From contig OX597819.1 of NCBI GenBank assembly GCA_951406725.2, positions 85,312,001-85,376,000 of the forward strand: 64,000 nucleotides of DNA, in the 5' to 3' direction. Below the pieces are notes generated by a model. That model worked only from the letters and a program-made list of their open reading frames with translations. It ran no database searches and was not told the origin of the DNA. Numbering within the stretch: position 1 is the first letter of the stretch; each line of letters opens with the position of its first letter. Below are positions 10,820 to 23,889 of the stretch, piece by piece. Made by a program: the position numbers and the translations under genes. The stretch comes from Octopus vulgaris. Its lineage: Eukaryota.

Positions 10820-13800
10820 TGTAACGGCAATGATGGCCGTCTCCCCACGAGCCATTCAAAGCTCAAAAATGATAACATTATCGTAGCACCAAAATGTTTT
10901 TGGAAACTAAAAGGAAAACTAAATCAGTATACCAAATCGCTTGTCCTATGGTTAATCTGGAAGCGCGTCCCCCAGGGAAGAGCCAGCCTGGGATCGAAAA
11001 GTCATCAACTGGCACAAACTCTTCTCCGAATACGGACATGGATGGTCACTTGAACGGGAAATCCCCCAACTCGAGCCCTCCAAGTTCACCACCACAACCA
11101 CCACAGAAAGAAAAATGTAAGCGGAACAAATGGACCCGAGAAGAGTATAAAGAAGTAATATACACTTATTACTATGCATTAGGTAGGCCATCTCAAGAGA
11201 GACACACCGCAAACTCTTACAGTATATGGAGAACACGGAATCAAGACAGTAGGCTCTATTTGGACGAGAACAAATTAGCAAATGTGAGGAGGGATATCCT
11301 TAGAAATAACAGACTCACAGACAGTGAAATAAGCGCGATCAAGCACGCAACGGAAAATGACATAAATATAAGACACAAAGGAAATGAAGAATCAGATGAA
11401 CAGTATAGCCCGCCACGAGGCTTAATTGAAAGACTGCCATCTGACCAAAGTACGCAAAGGCCTGAAGATACAAGAAATTCTATTGTACCTGTTAAAGATA
11501 GCCAGGAAAATGATAAAACAACAGTAACTGAAGATCTCGCATTTGCTGAAGAACACAGAGAGTTTATGGCAGAAATGAGGCAGAAAATCTTGAATACGCT
11601 TGAAGTTGTAAGACATACAAGTATGAATGATAGAGAACCACTTCATAAACTCTCAAATACAAACCAAAATAAAAAACAAATCCAAATTGGCAACTATGTA
11701 ACAAATGAAATAATACAAGAATTAAAACCTGATTTTACTGAGTTAAATGAAATTATTTACGCTTCTGCTAGGGCAATTGAAACCAGCTGTATGCCCCCGA
11801 AAAAACAAAGAAAACCAAACCTGGGAAGAAATCAAACCTGGAGAAGTAAAATTGAAAAAAGAGATTGAATTTATGAGAGGGGAAATATCAATATTAAATG
11901 AACGAATCTGTGGAGATAATGTAAGATCCAGAAAAGAAAGAAAGATGAAGAGAAAATTTGGATCCTCACCAAGAGAAGAACTGATATCAATAAAAGAAAC
12001 GCTGAAACAAAAAGTCCAAGCAAAAGCCCAAAGAATACGAAGATTTGAGAAGAGAAACAAGTTTTACAAGCTAAATAAGCTGTTCACATCCAATGCCAAA
12101 AAATTCTACAGAGAAATAGGGAAGGAGAAAGTAACCGTTAAAGACCCCCTCCCATGGAAGAAGTTCAAAACTTTTGGAAAAGGATTTGGAGTGACAAGAA
12201 GACGTACAACATAAATGCAGACTGGATTATACAAACTGAAGGATCCTACCAAAATTTACAACAACAAGCATGGGAAGACATCACAATAGCAGACCTAAGA
12301 AAGGCACTCACGAAGGCCCATAATTGGAAATCCCCCGGTAAAGATAGGGTGCCGAATTTCTGGCTCGCATCGCTCCCATGCGCACACGGTAAGCTAGTTC
12401 AGCTGCTCAATGGAATTATGAGAGACCCAAAGAAAACACCCGAATGGTTAGCAAGTGGTATTACTTACCTACTCCCAAAGAATAACGAAACCAACCTTCC
12501 AAAAAACTATCGGCCTATAACCTGTCTATCCACCACGTATAAAATCTATCCTGGCGGAGAAAACATATGCATTCATGGAGAAGAACGATATTTTCCCCAT
12601 TGAACAAAAAGGGTGCCGCCGAGGCTCTTACGGATGCAAAGATCAACTGCTAATTAATCGTATGATCCTTGAGAACTGTCACAACAAGCGAAGAAATCTC
12701 AGCTCCGCATGGATTGACTATAAAAAGGCCTTCGACAGTATACCGCATCCATGGATCTTGAGATGGCTGGACATCTTCAAAATTTCCCCTGTGATTTCAA
12801 ACTTCCTGAAGCACAATATGTCGTTGTGGAATACGAATCTCCAATTATACCACTCTAATGGAGTACTTGCCTCAGAAAATATAAACATCAACTGTGGAAT
12901 TTTTCAAGGTGACTCACTTTCACCTTTAATATTCTGCATAGCCCTAATACCCCTTACAAGTGAATTAAACAGAACAGGGTATGGGTATAAAATTGCCAAT
13001 AAAAAAATAAGCCATCTATTTTATATGGATGACTTAAAACTCTATGGTAAAGACAATAATGAACTTGAAGGCCTACTGCGCACTATGAAAGCATTCAGCG
13101 ATGACATCGGGATGGAGTTTGGGCTTGAGAAGCGTGCCAAGGCCACTTTCCAGAAAGGGAAAGTGACGACCACAAATTCAGTCGTGTTAGATGTTGTCAC
13201 AGTCATAAGAGAGCTTGAGCAAGAACAAACATACAAATATTTAGGGATAAATGAAGGCTCTGGTATTCAGCATGCAAGCATGAAAGAGAAGATCAGGAAG
13301 GAATGTTATAGGAGAGTTCGTGCAGTCCTGAAATCTGAACTAAATGCACGTAACAAGGTGTTAGCTATAAATTCCTTAGCAGTTCCAGTTGTTCTTATAG
13401 CTACAATGTGTTGAACTGGAATATGAGTGAAGTAAAGAATATAGATAGGAAAATACGCAAGCTGCTGAGTTGTAATAGGATGCACCACCCAAAGGCAGAC
13501 GTAGATCGCCTTTACCTTCCCAGAGCCCAAGTAGGTCGAGGCCTGATCCAATTGGAACTAGCTTACAAAACAACCACAATTGGACTGGCCAAATATCTCG
13601 AAATAACGAATGACTGGATGCTAAAGCTCGTGGAAAATCACGAGAGACGAAAGAAGCTTCATTCTATCATAAAGGAAAGCAAAAAATGTGCTATTGATCT
13701 CGTGCAGGATTCCCAAACTGAACAACCCGAGGGAAGTACGGCAACTATTGTTGCAAAGAAGGTGAAAATAATGGTAACGAAAAAAGCGCACGAGCAATTG

Positions 13801-14745
13801 GCTGATAGGTGGGAGAAGAAACCTCTGCACGGCAAATATGTGGCCCGCAGCAAACAAGCTGATGTTGACCAGAAACAAACCCATTAGTGGCTACGGAGCT
13901 CAGGGCTAAAAGCAGAGAGCGAAGGTTTCATCCTGGCTGCTCAAGATCAAAGCCTATTAACCCGGAACTACCAGGCCAATGTGATGAAAAATGGAGCAGA
14001 CCCAAAATGCCGATTCTGCAACGACATGATTGAAACAGTGGACCACCTAATCTCTGGATGTAAAGTCTTAGCACCAGTGGAGTATAAATTAAGACATGAC
14101 AGAGTTGGCCAATATCTACACTGGCTAATAAGTCGGCATTACAATATCAAAACTGCCGACAAGTGGTATAATCACCACCCTGAGGCTGTAACTGAAGGAG
14201 AAAATGTAACCATTCTGTGGGACTTTCCAGTACATACAGACCGAACCATCAAGGCCAATAAACCAGATATTGTTGTGAAAGACAAAAACAATAAAGTTTG
14301 CTTATTGATCGACATGAGCATCCCCTGTGATCATAATATCTCAGCGAAAGAGTTTGACAAGCTCAGAAAATATAAAGACCTACTCATTGAAATTGAGAAA
14401 ATGTGGCATCTCAAGGCTGTTACAATACCAGTGATCGTAGGAGCACTAGGAATGATCAAGAAGGGAACCGAAAATTATATGAGAATGATCCCTGGCTTAT
14501 CATCCCTGCAAGAAGTGCAAAAGATTGTCTTAACTGGTACATCACACGTATTGAGAAGAGCATTGTCGATGTGAAAACGGTTGCTGCTCATGTATTTTAA
14601 TTTAACTTAAAAAAAAAAATTTTAATGAACGAACTATTGAGTTTGGTTTAATGGCCTACCAATGTATACTATGAGTTTCTTTGCCCTAGGAGTCGGGAAG
14701 ACACTCGGCAAGAAATGGAAGCAAATTTGAAAGAAGAAAAAAAAA
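10820..14745 (+). mobile_element. Nearly full-length R4/Dong-clade non-LTR retrotransposon (RT + CCHC + restriction-like endonuclease)
   Basis: Single long ORF in pieces. About 170-bp 3'UTR ending in an A-run that joins (TAA)n. Flanks are TAA/GAT-rich. Confidence 0.93.
10894..14574 (+). pseudogene. R4/Dong polyprotein with about 4 frameshifts and 1 stop
   Basis: NWKSPGKD, NYRPITCL, WIDYKKAFDSIPH, GIFQGDSLSP, HLFYMDDLKLY, YKYLG, CRFCNDMIETVDHLISGC, RHD, PDIVV..IDMSIP..K..KY and PVIVGALG. Lesions near 11860, 12150, 12550 and 13395, plus TAG at 13885. Confidence 0.92.
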
Positions 14746-14785
<40 letters not shown>

Positions 14786-14790
14786 TAAAA

Positions 14791-15500
14791 AAAACATGTA
14801 ATGAAAACATGTAATGAAAAGAAATATAACAAGTAACTGCAGAATATGTGGAGATGGACAAGAAACAAGAAATCATATTATCTCTAGCTGCCTAGTCCTG
14901 GCTAAGAAGGAATATATTCACAGACATGACAGAGTTGGAACCTACATACATTGGAAGCTATGCCAACATTATGGAATAACAACAGAAAAAAGATGGTATA
15001 GGCACAAACCAGAAAAGGTCACAGAAAACGAGAAAGCAACCATACTCTGGGATATGCCGATACACACAGATAGAAAAATTAAGGCCAATAGACCAGCTAT
15101 AGTTGTCAGAGATCATGAAGAAAAAAATGCTTTCTAATTGATGTATCAATACCGGCAGATGACAACGTGTCTCTAAAATAAATGGAGAAACTCTCAAAAT
15201 ACAAAGACCTGGAAATAGAGATAACCAGAATGTGGAATCTAAAAACAGAAACAATTCATATCATAGTAGGTGCATTAGGCATGATAAAAAAATATTCAGT
15301 CAAATACATAACAAAAACACCAGGACTTACAAACACATATAACATACAGAAAATTGCACTACTAGGCACTGCACACATCCTACGCAGAACACTTTCCATA
15401 CAAAAACCATCAGAGCATCACAAAAAATCACAGCACATACCTATGGCACACAGAGCTGCGCTCGGTAGTGAAGTGAAAGCACGCTATAAAAATAAAACTA

Positions 15501-15506
<6 letters not shown>
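14791..15506 (+). mobile_element. 5'-truncated R4/Dong LINE, second family
   Basis: CRICGDGQET..H..C, RHD and RLE motifs. Highly similar to 62517-63218. Flanked by (TAA)n on both sides. Confidence 0.9.
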
Positions 15507-15577
<71 letters not shown>

Positions 15578-16299
15578 TAATAATAATGGTTTCAAATATT
15601 GGTACAACGCCAGCTGTTTTAGAGAAAGAGGTAAGTCAATTGCATTGACCTCAGTGCTCGACTGGTCCTTATTCCATCGACACCGAAACAATGTAAGGCA
15701 GAGTCGACCTAGGCATCACTTGAACTGGGTGCGTAAGGCCGCTTAGCATTTTGTCCGGCGAGATAACCACCAGTGTCGATAATGGTTTGACTTGATGTTG
15801 TAGCTGTAGTCAGCCATCAGCTGAAGAAATAAAAGTATAATTACAATCCTGAAGTCTTCTTTAAAAGTAACTTTAAAAACTTTAAAATATACGATTTTCT
15901 GTGATTACTTAATATTTACTGCTTCTTCGAATACGCTAACATCTGCCCTCTTTTCTCACATGAACCCTCTTAAACACCTCCAACTTTTTCTCATTTAAAT
16001 TTCGTTTAAAGTGAAAATCTGCGACTCTGTGACTATATAATTTCTTGCTATTAGCACAAGCTAACACTTCTCTTTTATAGCCAACAAAAAATTTGAAGCA
16101 CCTCCAAATCACAAAACTCAAAACATTCTCCAGAATTAATAACAAATAACGTTCAAGAGGCCTATTGTACTGTATTGTATTTTCCAGCAAGGAAATCCGA
16201 TACGGAATGAATATACTTAAATTGAAGGAAGGAAAAAAAAAATTACCAATAGCCAAAACATAGATAGCAATAAATTAGCTTCTGTTCGTAGGAACATCA

Positions 16300-17880
16300 T
16301 AAAGAAAAGGCTATTGACTGACCTGGACACCCAACAGGTTCAATTATATGTTCGAGCCAATAATCATACAAATAATGATTCAAGTAATGATACAAATCAT
16401 CTCTCCACTGTGCATGTAGAATCTAACACGACAAATGCCAAAAACGAGGTACTCGGAAATTTGCCCCAGACACTGATTACAGTGGAAATGGAAACACATA
16501 TATTGAACACCACAGTTTAAAAGCGAACATTCTGTCAGAGTGGCCGATGGCCAAATACACCGAACTGGTGTATTTGTAATGATTTTCCAAAGATTGGCAA
16601 CTTAATCATTACATAATTTTCCAAAGATTCGCAACTTAAAACAAGCTAATAGACTAATAAGCAAGGTAAATGCAATTATAAAGTCTTATCAGTGAAAATG
16701 AAATAGGTTTCATTTTGCTAAACGATCTACTTTTTGCTGCAGCTTCAACAACTAGTGGTCTGTATAGTATTCCGGTAAAGAGAAAGAATCAACACATAAA
16801 CAGGAAACAAGCATAACAAGTGAGAATTAGAAATAGAATTAGTGTACACAGATCTGTACAAGAACATCAAGTGCAAAATAGATAAATATATAAATAAAAA
16901 TATACTAAAAGCTAAGAAACTGAAAAGAAAATATGAAAGTAAACGAAATCAATGAAGTAATTTAAAAAATCAAGCAAATTATCCAAGTTAAAGTAGAACG
17001 GATAAGGAAAGTTGAAAAAAGAGTAAACTTTTTCAAGGATAACAATATATTCTGGAACAATCCTAAAAGTTTTTACTGGAAAATAACAAAAGCTAATATA
17101 ACCATTAAAGACTACATCTCCCGAAGGGGAAAGTACTAAAGTTTTGGACAATGATCAGATTACATCTGAAAGAATATAATCGTGATGCTCTCTGGTTTCA
17201 TCAACATGCTAAACATCTTAATATATTTTTTCTCCTCTAAGCACAAGACCCAAAATTTTTGGGAAAGGGGGCCAGTCGATTAGATCGACCCCAGTACGCA
17301 ACTGGTACTTAATCTATCGACCTCGAAAGGATGAAAGGCAAAGTCGACCTAAAAATGTGATGCACCCACACAAACATTTAGGAAACAAGACGAAGAAGAA
17401 AGAGTAAGCAACTGGAAAATGAAACCACTGCATGGGCAATACCTTAGAGAAATCGAAAGAAAAGATAATATCAACACTTAGAGATGGCTAAGAAAAAGTT
17501 ATGTGAAAGGATTCACTGAGTCATTGATATACAGTGCTCAGGAACAAGCTCTGGAAACTAATTACACCAAGTTCCAAATAGATAGGAGTAGCGAATCGCC
17601 CCTTAGTAGGATGTGCAGCAGCAGAAACGAAACAATCTCGCATATTGTGAGTGAATGTAGCAAGCTGGCCCAAAATCACTTCAAAAGAAGACATGATAAC
17701 ATAACTAAGTTCGTCCACTGGAGGCTATGTGAAAAGTACGGTCTGAACATGAAACAGAAGGAGTCACAGAGAACAAGGAACATAAGATACTGTGGGATTT
17801 TACAATCCAGTATGACTCCCTAATCGAGGCTCGGAGACCAGATATTGTTGTGGTAGATAAAGGAAAAAAGGATATCATAC
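16300..17880 (+). mobile_element. Heavily degraded R4-like LINE remnant
   Basis: PLHGQYL..WL..TESLIYSAQEQAL..RMCSSRNETISHIVSEC..RRHD..RPDIVVVDK at 17420-17870. Upstream N-terminal remnants are weak. Confidence 0.7.
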
Positions 17881-17899
17881 GTGGTCTGGGCAATTACTC

Positions 17900-18180
17900 T
17901 TCGGACTGATGCCATAGTAGCAAAGCTAAAGCACGCAGAGTGAAGCCGCTTGGCACAAATTGACAGTAAACTTTGTTGTGCATGTGCACTAAGCTTTAAC
18001 GTTCTAGCTTACTTCTGCAGTTTACAGCAATGCTTGGAAGGAAAGGGTGTAGTGTGGGATCGTCACATTGGCAATGATTAAGAAAGTTGAGCAGAGAATC
18101 TGCATCAATTTTGACAAAAGCTTGGTGATACCTGCTCAGAGGCCCACGCAAAGTTTTCAAAAAAGTGTTCATCGTTCTCG
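17900..18180 (+). mobile_element. Mariner-derived fragment (same family as the 47867-48388 MITE)
   Basis: ggactgatgccatag..gctaaagcac..gagtgaagccgcttg is shared with 47890-47940. Confidence 0.7.
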
Positions 18181-18915
18181 ACACAATCAAGGACCGAGAG
18201 CACTATACTGATAGCGCAAGACCTAACTTTGGTCACGAACTGGAGGGTCAACCTTAGGAATGAGCAAGTGTCTCCGCTGTGCCGCATCTGCAATAGAGTG
18301 GATAAAACCATTGCCTATATCAACGAATGCCCGAGACTTGCCCAAAGCCACTACAAGTTGTGGCGACAAGACCAGGTAGCGAAAGTGCTACATTGGAGAC
18401 TGCGAAAAGTGGGGGCCAGAGAGAGGTAAGACGTGGTACGAGCACAAAGTTTGGAGAGTGGCGGAGTAGGAGACTAGCAAAATCATCTGGGATTTCCCAA
18501 CCCAAACAGATTAGGTGCTAGATTATAACAGACCGGACATACTGGTGGTGGACAAGGAGCGCCACATATGCTATATAGTTGATGTTGCATGCCCATTTGA
18601 CCTACGAATAGTCAAGGAGGAAGGGGAAAAGATAGATATGTCCAACCCTCCTAAGAACGACATACCCCGCTATGGAAAATGAAGAAGGTGTAGATAGTAC
18701 CAATTATTGTTGTGTCCTTGGGAACAATATCAGAAAGCATCAAGAGGACTATAAAGGAAATTGGAATAGAGTGCACAGTAGAACTGTTACACAGCCAGAA
18801 TTATCAGGAAAGTATTCGATAGCTGAAAAGAACGGATAGCATGGTACTGTAGGCTGCAGGTAGTAAACCCGCTACGTGTGCAAGACTCCAGGAGCTTCAA
18901 CAAAACCTTTGATAA
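18180..18915 (+). mobile_element. 3' fragment of another R4-like RLE LINE
   Basis: SPLCRICNRVDKT..EC..QDQVAKVLHW, WDF, RPDILVVDK..IVDVACPFD and VPIIV. Ends near a short TAA run. Confidence 0.8.
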
Positions 18916-19299
18916 AGAGAAATAATAATAATTCTGATGTTGGCACAAGACCAGCAATTTTGAAGGAATCGATCCCAATGCTTGACTGGTATTTTCTTTT
19001 ATGGACACCGAAAGAATGGAAGACAAATTTGAAATCTGTGCCGTCAGAAACCAGAAGAACATATACCACAAAGCATTTTCCCGACGCTCTAACGATTCTA
19101 TAACGTTTCTGTTAGAGGTAGATTTTCTCTTATATTTCATAGGTGAATTTAGGCGTACTAATATCTACCTAATTAGGTTAAAGAAATCAAATTTTAACTA
19201 AAACCGGGGTAACTTCAAGGAAAGAAGAAAAAAGAATGAAATACCTTATTAAAAAATTCAAATCTATCATGAAAAAGTCAGCGATTAATTTTAAAAGAA

Positions 19300-21080
19300 A
19301 ATAGTAAAAATAACATATAATCAATGCCAAAAGAAGAATGAATGAGTTCCAGTTTTAATTTAATCGTATGTAACTTGAAAGAAAATCTTACCTTTGAAGT
19401 TATATGTGATTAGATTATAAGTGGAGGGAGCACGAAGAACGTTCGGAGTTAAGGAATAAAGAAGCCATTAAAGGAATAGTGAAGCCATTAAAGAAATAAA
19501 AAAGCCATTCTTCAATTGTGGTGGATTTCTGAATTTGTGAATGAGGTCGTGAAGCATAATGAAAAAGCTATAGAAGTTAGTCTATGTAGGTATGTCATGG
19601 ATTTTTGCACTATATTTATAAACCGTATCACTTTCCAAGGGATTCTAGGTGTGTATGTTGAAATAATTGATTGTATATTGGTTGAGATTTTTTTTACTAT
19701 AAAGCTGCAAATGGAGTTTCTGTATTTTAGAAGCTAGGGCTTAGCAAAATTTAGTATGGTCGAGTAAGGAACTTTAACAACGCTCTTATTGAAAACTCGT
19801 AGCGTTTATGGTATAGTTGTAAAGTATCTGTTAAATAATTTAAAGAAAGATATGGCTGTTGATGCGGTTACAGATATCTTAAACGGGCGGTAATACCAAA
19901 GAATATTTTTTACCTTACAAAGCCCGTAGTAATCATAAGAAGCAAACCTCTTAGATAAAATAATTCCGAAAGTTAAAACAACTTTAGGAATTTTTATATC
20001 ACTTTTACATTTATGGCAGAACACTTAAGAAGTTATAGAACGATCGAAGCATATTTATAAAGAAAGCATTAAAATTTAACGGCTCAGTGGGAAAAAATAC
20101 TAAACTCCCATCCCACTTCCATTTATTAGTAAAGGCTCTTCCAAAAAAGTCTATAAACCACATCAAGGACTGCGATAAAGATACAACAAGCAAAAGGACG
20201 TAAAATGATTATAAGCTACAGAGACACTAAAAAATCGTCGAACACTCATTTGTTGCAAACGGGGGCGCAAGCCATATACTAACAGAAGTGAATGGCCTTC
20301 ATCCGGGTTGAGAACCTGGGATTTACAAGATTTGGTTTTGCAAGTAAGAATTTTCACTTGATTTTACATGAAGTAAATAATTTTTTGACTAGTAGATAAC
20401 GCTATAAATAATAACGTGCAGAATATTGGATGAAAAAAACATGGGCGTTAAGAATGTAGAAGGCTGCCCTTGTATCGTGTGTCACCGTTTAAAAAGAAAA
20501 AAAACCCAACCCTTTACTTCAAATCTCTCGTAGCTTCTAAATTATTATAATGTAAAAACAACTTCAAAGCAATCTAAGAATAGAGCTTCTAAATGAATGA
20601 ATGAATGAAATAGATGAATTCTTAATGTATGAATAAAATTCGTAGTGTTGCTTCACTGCGAGTTTACAGGAAATGAGAGTTTGAATCACGCGGGATGCTC
20701 CCGTTTTCTTTCTACCGAAGAATGATTTTATTCCAGTATTCTATACGTAATTATAGCTTTATCTACTTCGAGTTTCACCGTTAAAAATTATATACCTAAT
20801 ATCTCAGGTAGTTTCTAAATTTTTCATGATGTATAAGTAGTATAAAAGGTGAAAATTCGATGTGTTCCTTGGTATAATAGAAAGTTTGTTATTTTATTGA
20901 AGACGTGGGTTCGTGTCTCAAGAGTAGTCTTCAGCTTTTTTCCATCCAAGGGATTTTTAAGCCGATATTGTGCACCCTTTATTTATAGCTTCATCTACTT
21001 TCTACTTTCCCGTTAAAAATAATTTACTGTATATCAAAATATAGTTTACGGAGAGAAAATATTTGATACAGAAATTTAAC
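19300..21080 (-). mobile_element. Degraded Penelope-like element (RT-to-GIY-YIG linker plus pLTR-like DNA)
   Basis: Minus strand NILWYYRPF..FFKLFNRYF..VFNKSVVKVPYS matches the PLE linker pattern IIWFNPPF..F.KL..KHF..IFN.NT.KVSYS. Degenerate hammerhead-like motif at about 20893-20940. Confidence 0.6.
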
Positions 21081-21103
21081 GTACTAGTTTGACCAGATAT
21101 GTG

Positions 21104-21142
<39 letters not shown>

Positions 21143-21161
21143 TGAAATAAACTGAATAATG

Positions 21162-21205
<44 letters not shown>

Positions 21206-21213
<8 letters not shown>

Positions 21214-21718
21214 CATTATTCAGTTTATTTCAAGATTTCTTGCCAATAGAGTAAGAACCCGTTTCTAACCTAGATCCAAGTCTCCTTCATTGGAGTTTCA
21301 ACATCAACAACAGGGCATTTTTGTATGTATGTATGTATGTATGTATGTATGTATGTATGTATGTATGTATATGTGCATGTATGTGCATATTTTTTTGCAT
21401 ATCTAGACATGCTCATATATATTTAAATGATAAACTTCTGGAAAGCTTTACAGATTTTTACAGTTCCTGCGATGGATCGGATCTATAGTCTTCGAATTAG
21501 CTTTCTCCTTTCAGGTTTTGAGAAGCCCAGTTTCTCAAGATTGGTATTTAGGCAGTGTGTTACATATCCCATGACCCCAATAATTACAGGTACCTGAACT
21601 TGTAATCTGGATAATAACCTGAACTTGTAATCTGGATAGAGTAACTATGTATATCTCCATAGTTCAGCATAGGTGTTCTCTTTTTCACTGATCTTCAGCT
21701 TTATGTTAACATCTGCTG
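21206..21718 (-). mobile_element. 3' end of an (ATAC)n-associated RLE LINE
   Basis: Minus strand ADVNIKLKISEKENTYAEL..PVIIGVMGYVT..GTVKICKAFQKFII*, then a 3'UTR shared with 4108-4388. Confidence 0.8.
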
Positions 21719-22779
21719 TACGTATGTATGTATGTATGTATGTATGTATGTATGTATGTATGTATGTATGTATGTATGTATGTATGTATGTGTGTGTGTG
21801 CGTGTGTGCGCTCAATTACATGTATTACACGAACATCATAGAATAACCAATATTCTCCCAGATAGTTTTCGATGCTGTGAGCCAAGGAAGAAACTATTTC
21901 TACATAGTTGTTTGATCTGCTAGAAGTAGCAAAAAAAAAAAAAAAATTCTCGCTAAGTACACGCTACAATATTCAGAATAGAGTGATTGGCTAATGTGAT
22001 GAAGGGTACACATATTCAAAAGGTCATGATGGTCATTTGTGGATCATTTTGGTCATGTGTTTTCTCTTCCAAGACTAACGTGGGCTCCCTTTAGGCGACC
22101 GCAACTAAGATTCATTTCACCATGTCTTGCTAGGAAGTTTTGCCCCTCATTAGTTTCAATAGATCTTCGGTTTCACTTGTGTGCTTTTGCTAATAACATC
22201 AAAATAATTTAGTAGCGTCCATTGTCTATTATTTCCGGAAGTCTCCAAAATATAACATACCATATGGCCTAGTGTTCACACGAAATAATGGCCAGGAAAA
22301 CCTACTCCGCATTACAGAACAATAATAGGGACAGGTGTCTCAAAATCTCCTTTTTGACTTAATTAATTCCAGATCGAACAGACCTTCAATCAAAAGTGTT
22401 CCATCCAATCTCTTTATCAATAAGCTATCTCGGATTACATTATCTAATTAGATCTTTTTAAAACAAAGGTGTGATTGGAAAGCAATCAAGGTTATCGAGC
22501 TGCACATTACAATTCTAGTTGTTTATTCAGCGTTATACTTTGCCGAGTGATAGCTATATACATATACATTATTCAGCCTAGAGACTTAAAAATTCTTTTG
22601 ATTCAAACATACACACACACACCAAATCGATGCACATACATATATACACCTATAATTAAATTAATTTGGCATTCATTGTTTTTATAATTTATATAGCTTT
22701 ATAGATTTTTTCAGATAAATTACGAGTTATTTGCAAAAATACATTCATGAATAAATATATTGCATGACTAATAGCCACA

Positions 22780-22918
22780 GTAGTGGCTGCTTGGTAAGAA
22801 ATTTGTTTCCCAACAACATGGTTTCGAGTTCAGTCCCACTGTGTGGCATCTCTTATAGTCTCAGGCCAACCAAGGCCTTGTGGATGGATTTAGTTGGCGA
22901 AACTGAAAGATGCCCGTC

Positions 22919-22920
<2 letters not shown>
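22780..22920 (+). mobile_element. SINE family A followed by (TATG)n
   Basis: Box A tggctgcttgg, box B gttcagtcc, and the shared body. Confidence 0.75.
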
Positions 22921-22951
<31 letters not shown>

Positions 22952-23029
22952 TGTATGTATGTATGTATGTATGTATGTATGTATGTATGTATGTATGTAT
23001 GTATGTATGTATGTATGTATGTATGTATT

Positions 23030-23174
23030 CTTTTATTTGTTTCAGTCATTTGACTGCGGCCATGCTGGAGCACCGCTTCTAGTCGAACAAATAGAACCCA
23101 GGACTTATTCTTTGTAAGCCTAGTACTTATTCTGCCGGTCTCTTTTGCCGAACCACTAAGTTACGGGGACGTAA

Positions 23175-23213
<39 letters not shown>

Positions 23214-23392
23214 CATATATATATACATGACGGGCTTCTTTTAGTTTCCGTCTACTAAATCCACTTACAAGGCTTCGGTCGGTCCGGGTCTATAGTAGGA
23301 GACACTTGCCCAAGGTGCCACGCATTAAGACTGAACCCAGGAGCATGTGATTGGGAAGCAAGCTTCTTGCTACATAGCCACTTCTGCGCCTG
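23030..23392 (-). mobile_element. Composite SINE: family A head, internal microsatellite, conserved 3' tail
   Basis: Head at 23392-23228, (TA)/(TG) tract, tail at 23177-23030 (gtttacgtccccgtaacttag..ccagcatggccgcagtc..actgaaac). Confidence 0.75.
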
Positions 23393-23848
23393 TATATATA
23401 TATATATATAATCTGTGTTTGTGTCTTTGTGTCCGGGTTTGTTTCCCATCGCTGCTTGACAACTAGTGTTGGTGCGTTTACATTCCCGGCTTGGCAAAAT
23501 AGACCGATAAAATAAGTACAGGGTGCTATTCGTTCGACAAAAATTCTTCAGGGTGCTGCCCCTGTAAGGCTGCAGTCTAATGAATGAAACGAGTAAGACA
23601 TAAAAGATAAAAGATAATACATTACTAAATTCATACGAATGACTACTTCAGCTAACTGTTAAATTTACGTGATGGAAATAAAATATAGATATATTTATTA
23701 TAACGAGCACCGAGAGGCAGGGAGCCAACGAAGGGACCATCTGGGTATGACTGTTTAACCTGTTTGAAATTGGAAGGAAAATTTTCACAAATTACAGTCT
23801 ATTATCTTTATATAGACACATTAGCTAATGTAATACAGGACACACACA

Positions 23849-23889
<41 letters not shown>

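Noticed and set aside
20270-20306. Minus-strand CGGATGAA-GGCCAT..ATGGCT, hammerhead-like
   Set aside because: The core is mutated and there is no adjacent GAAA, so the evidence is insufficient.
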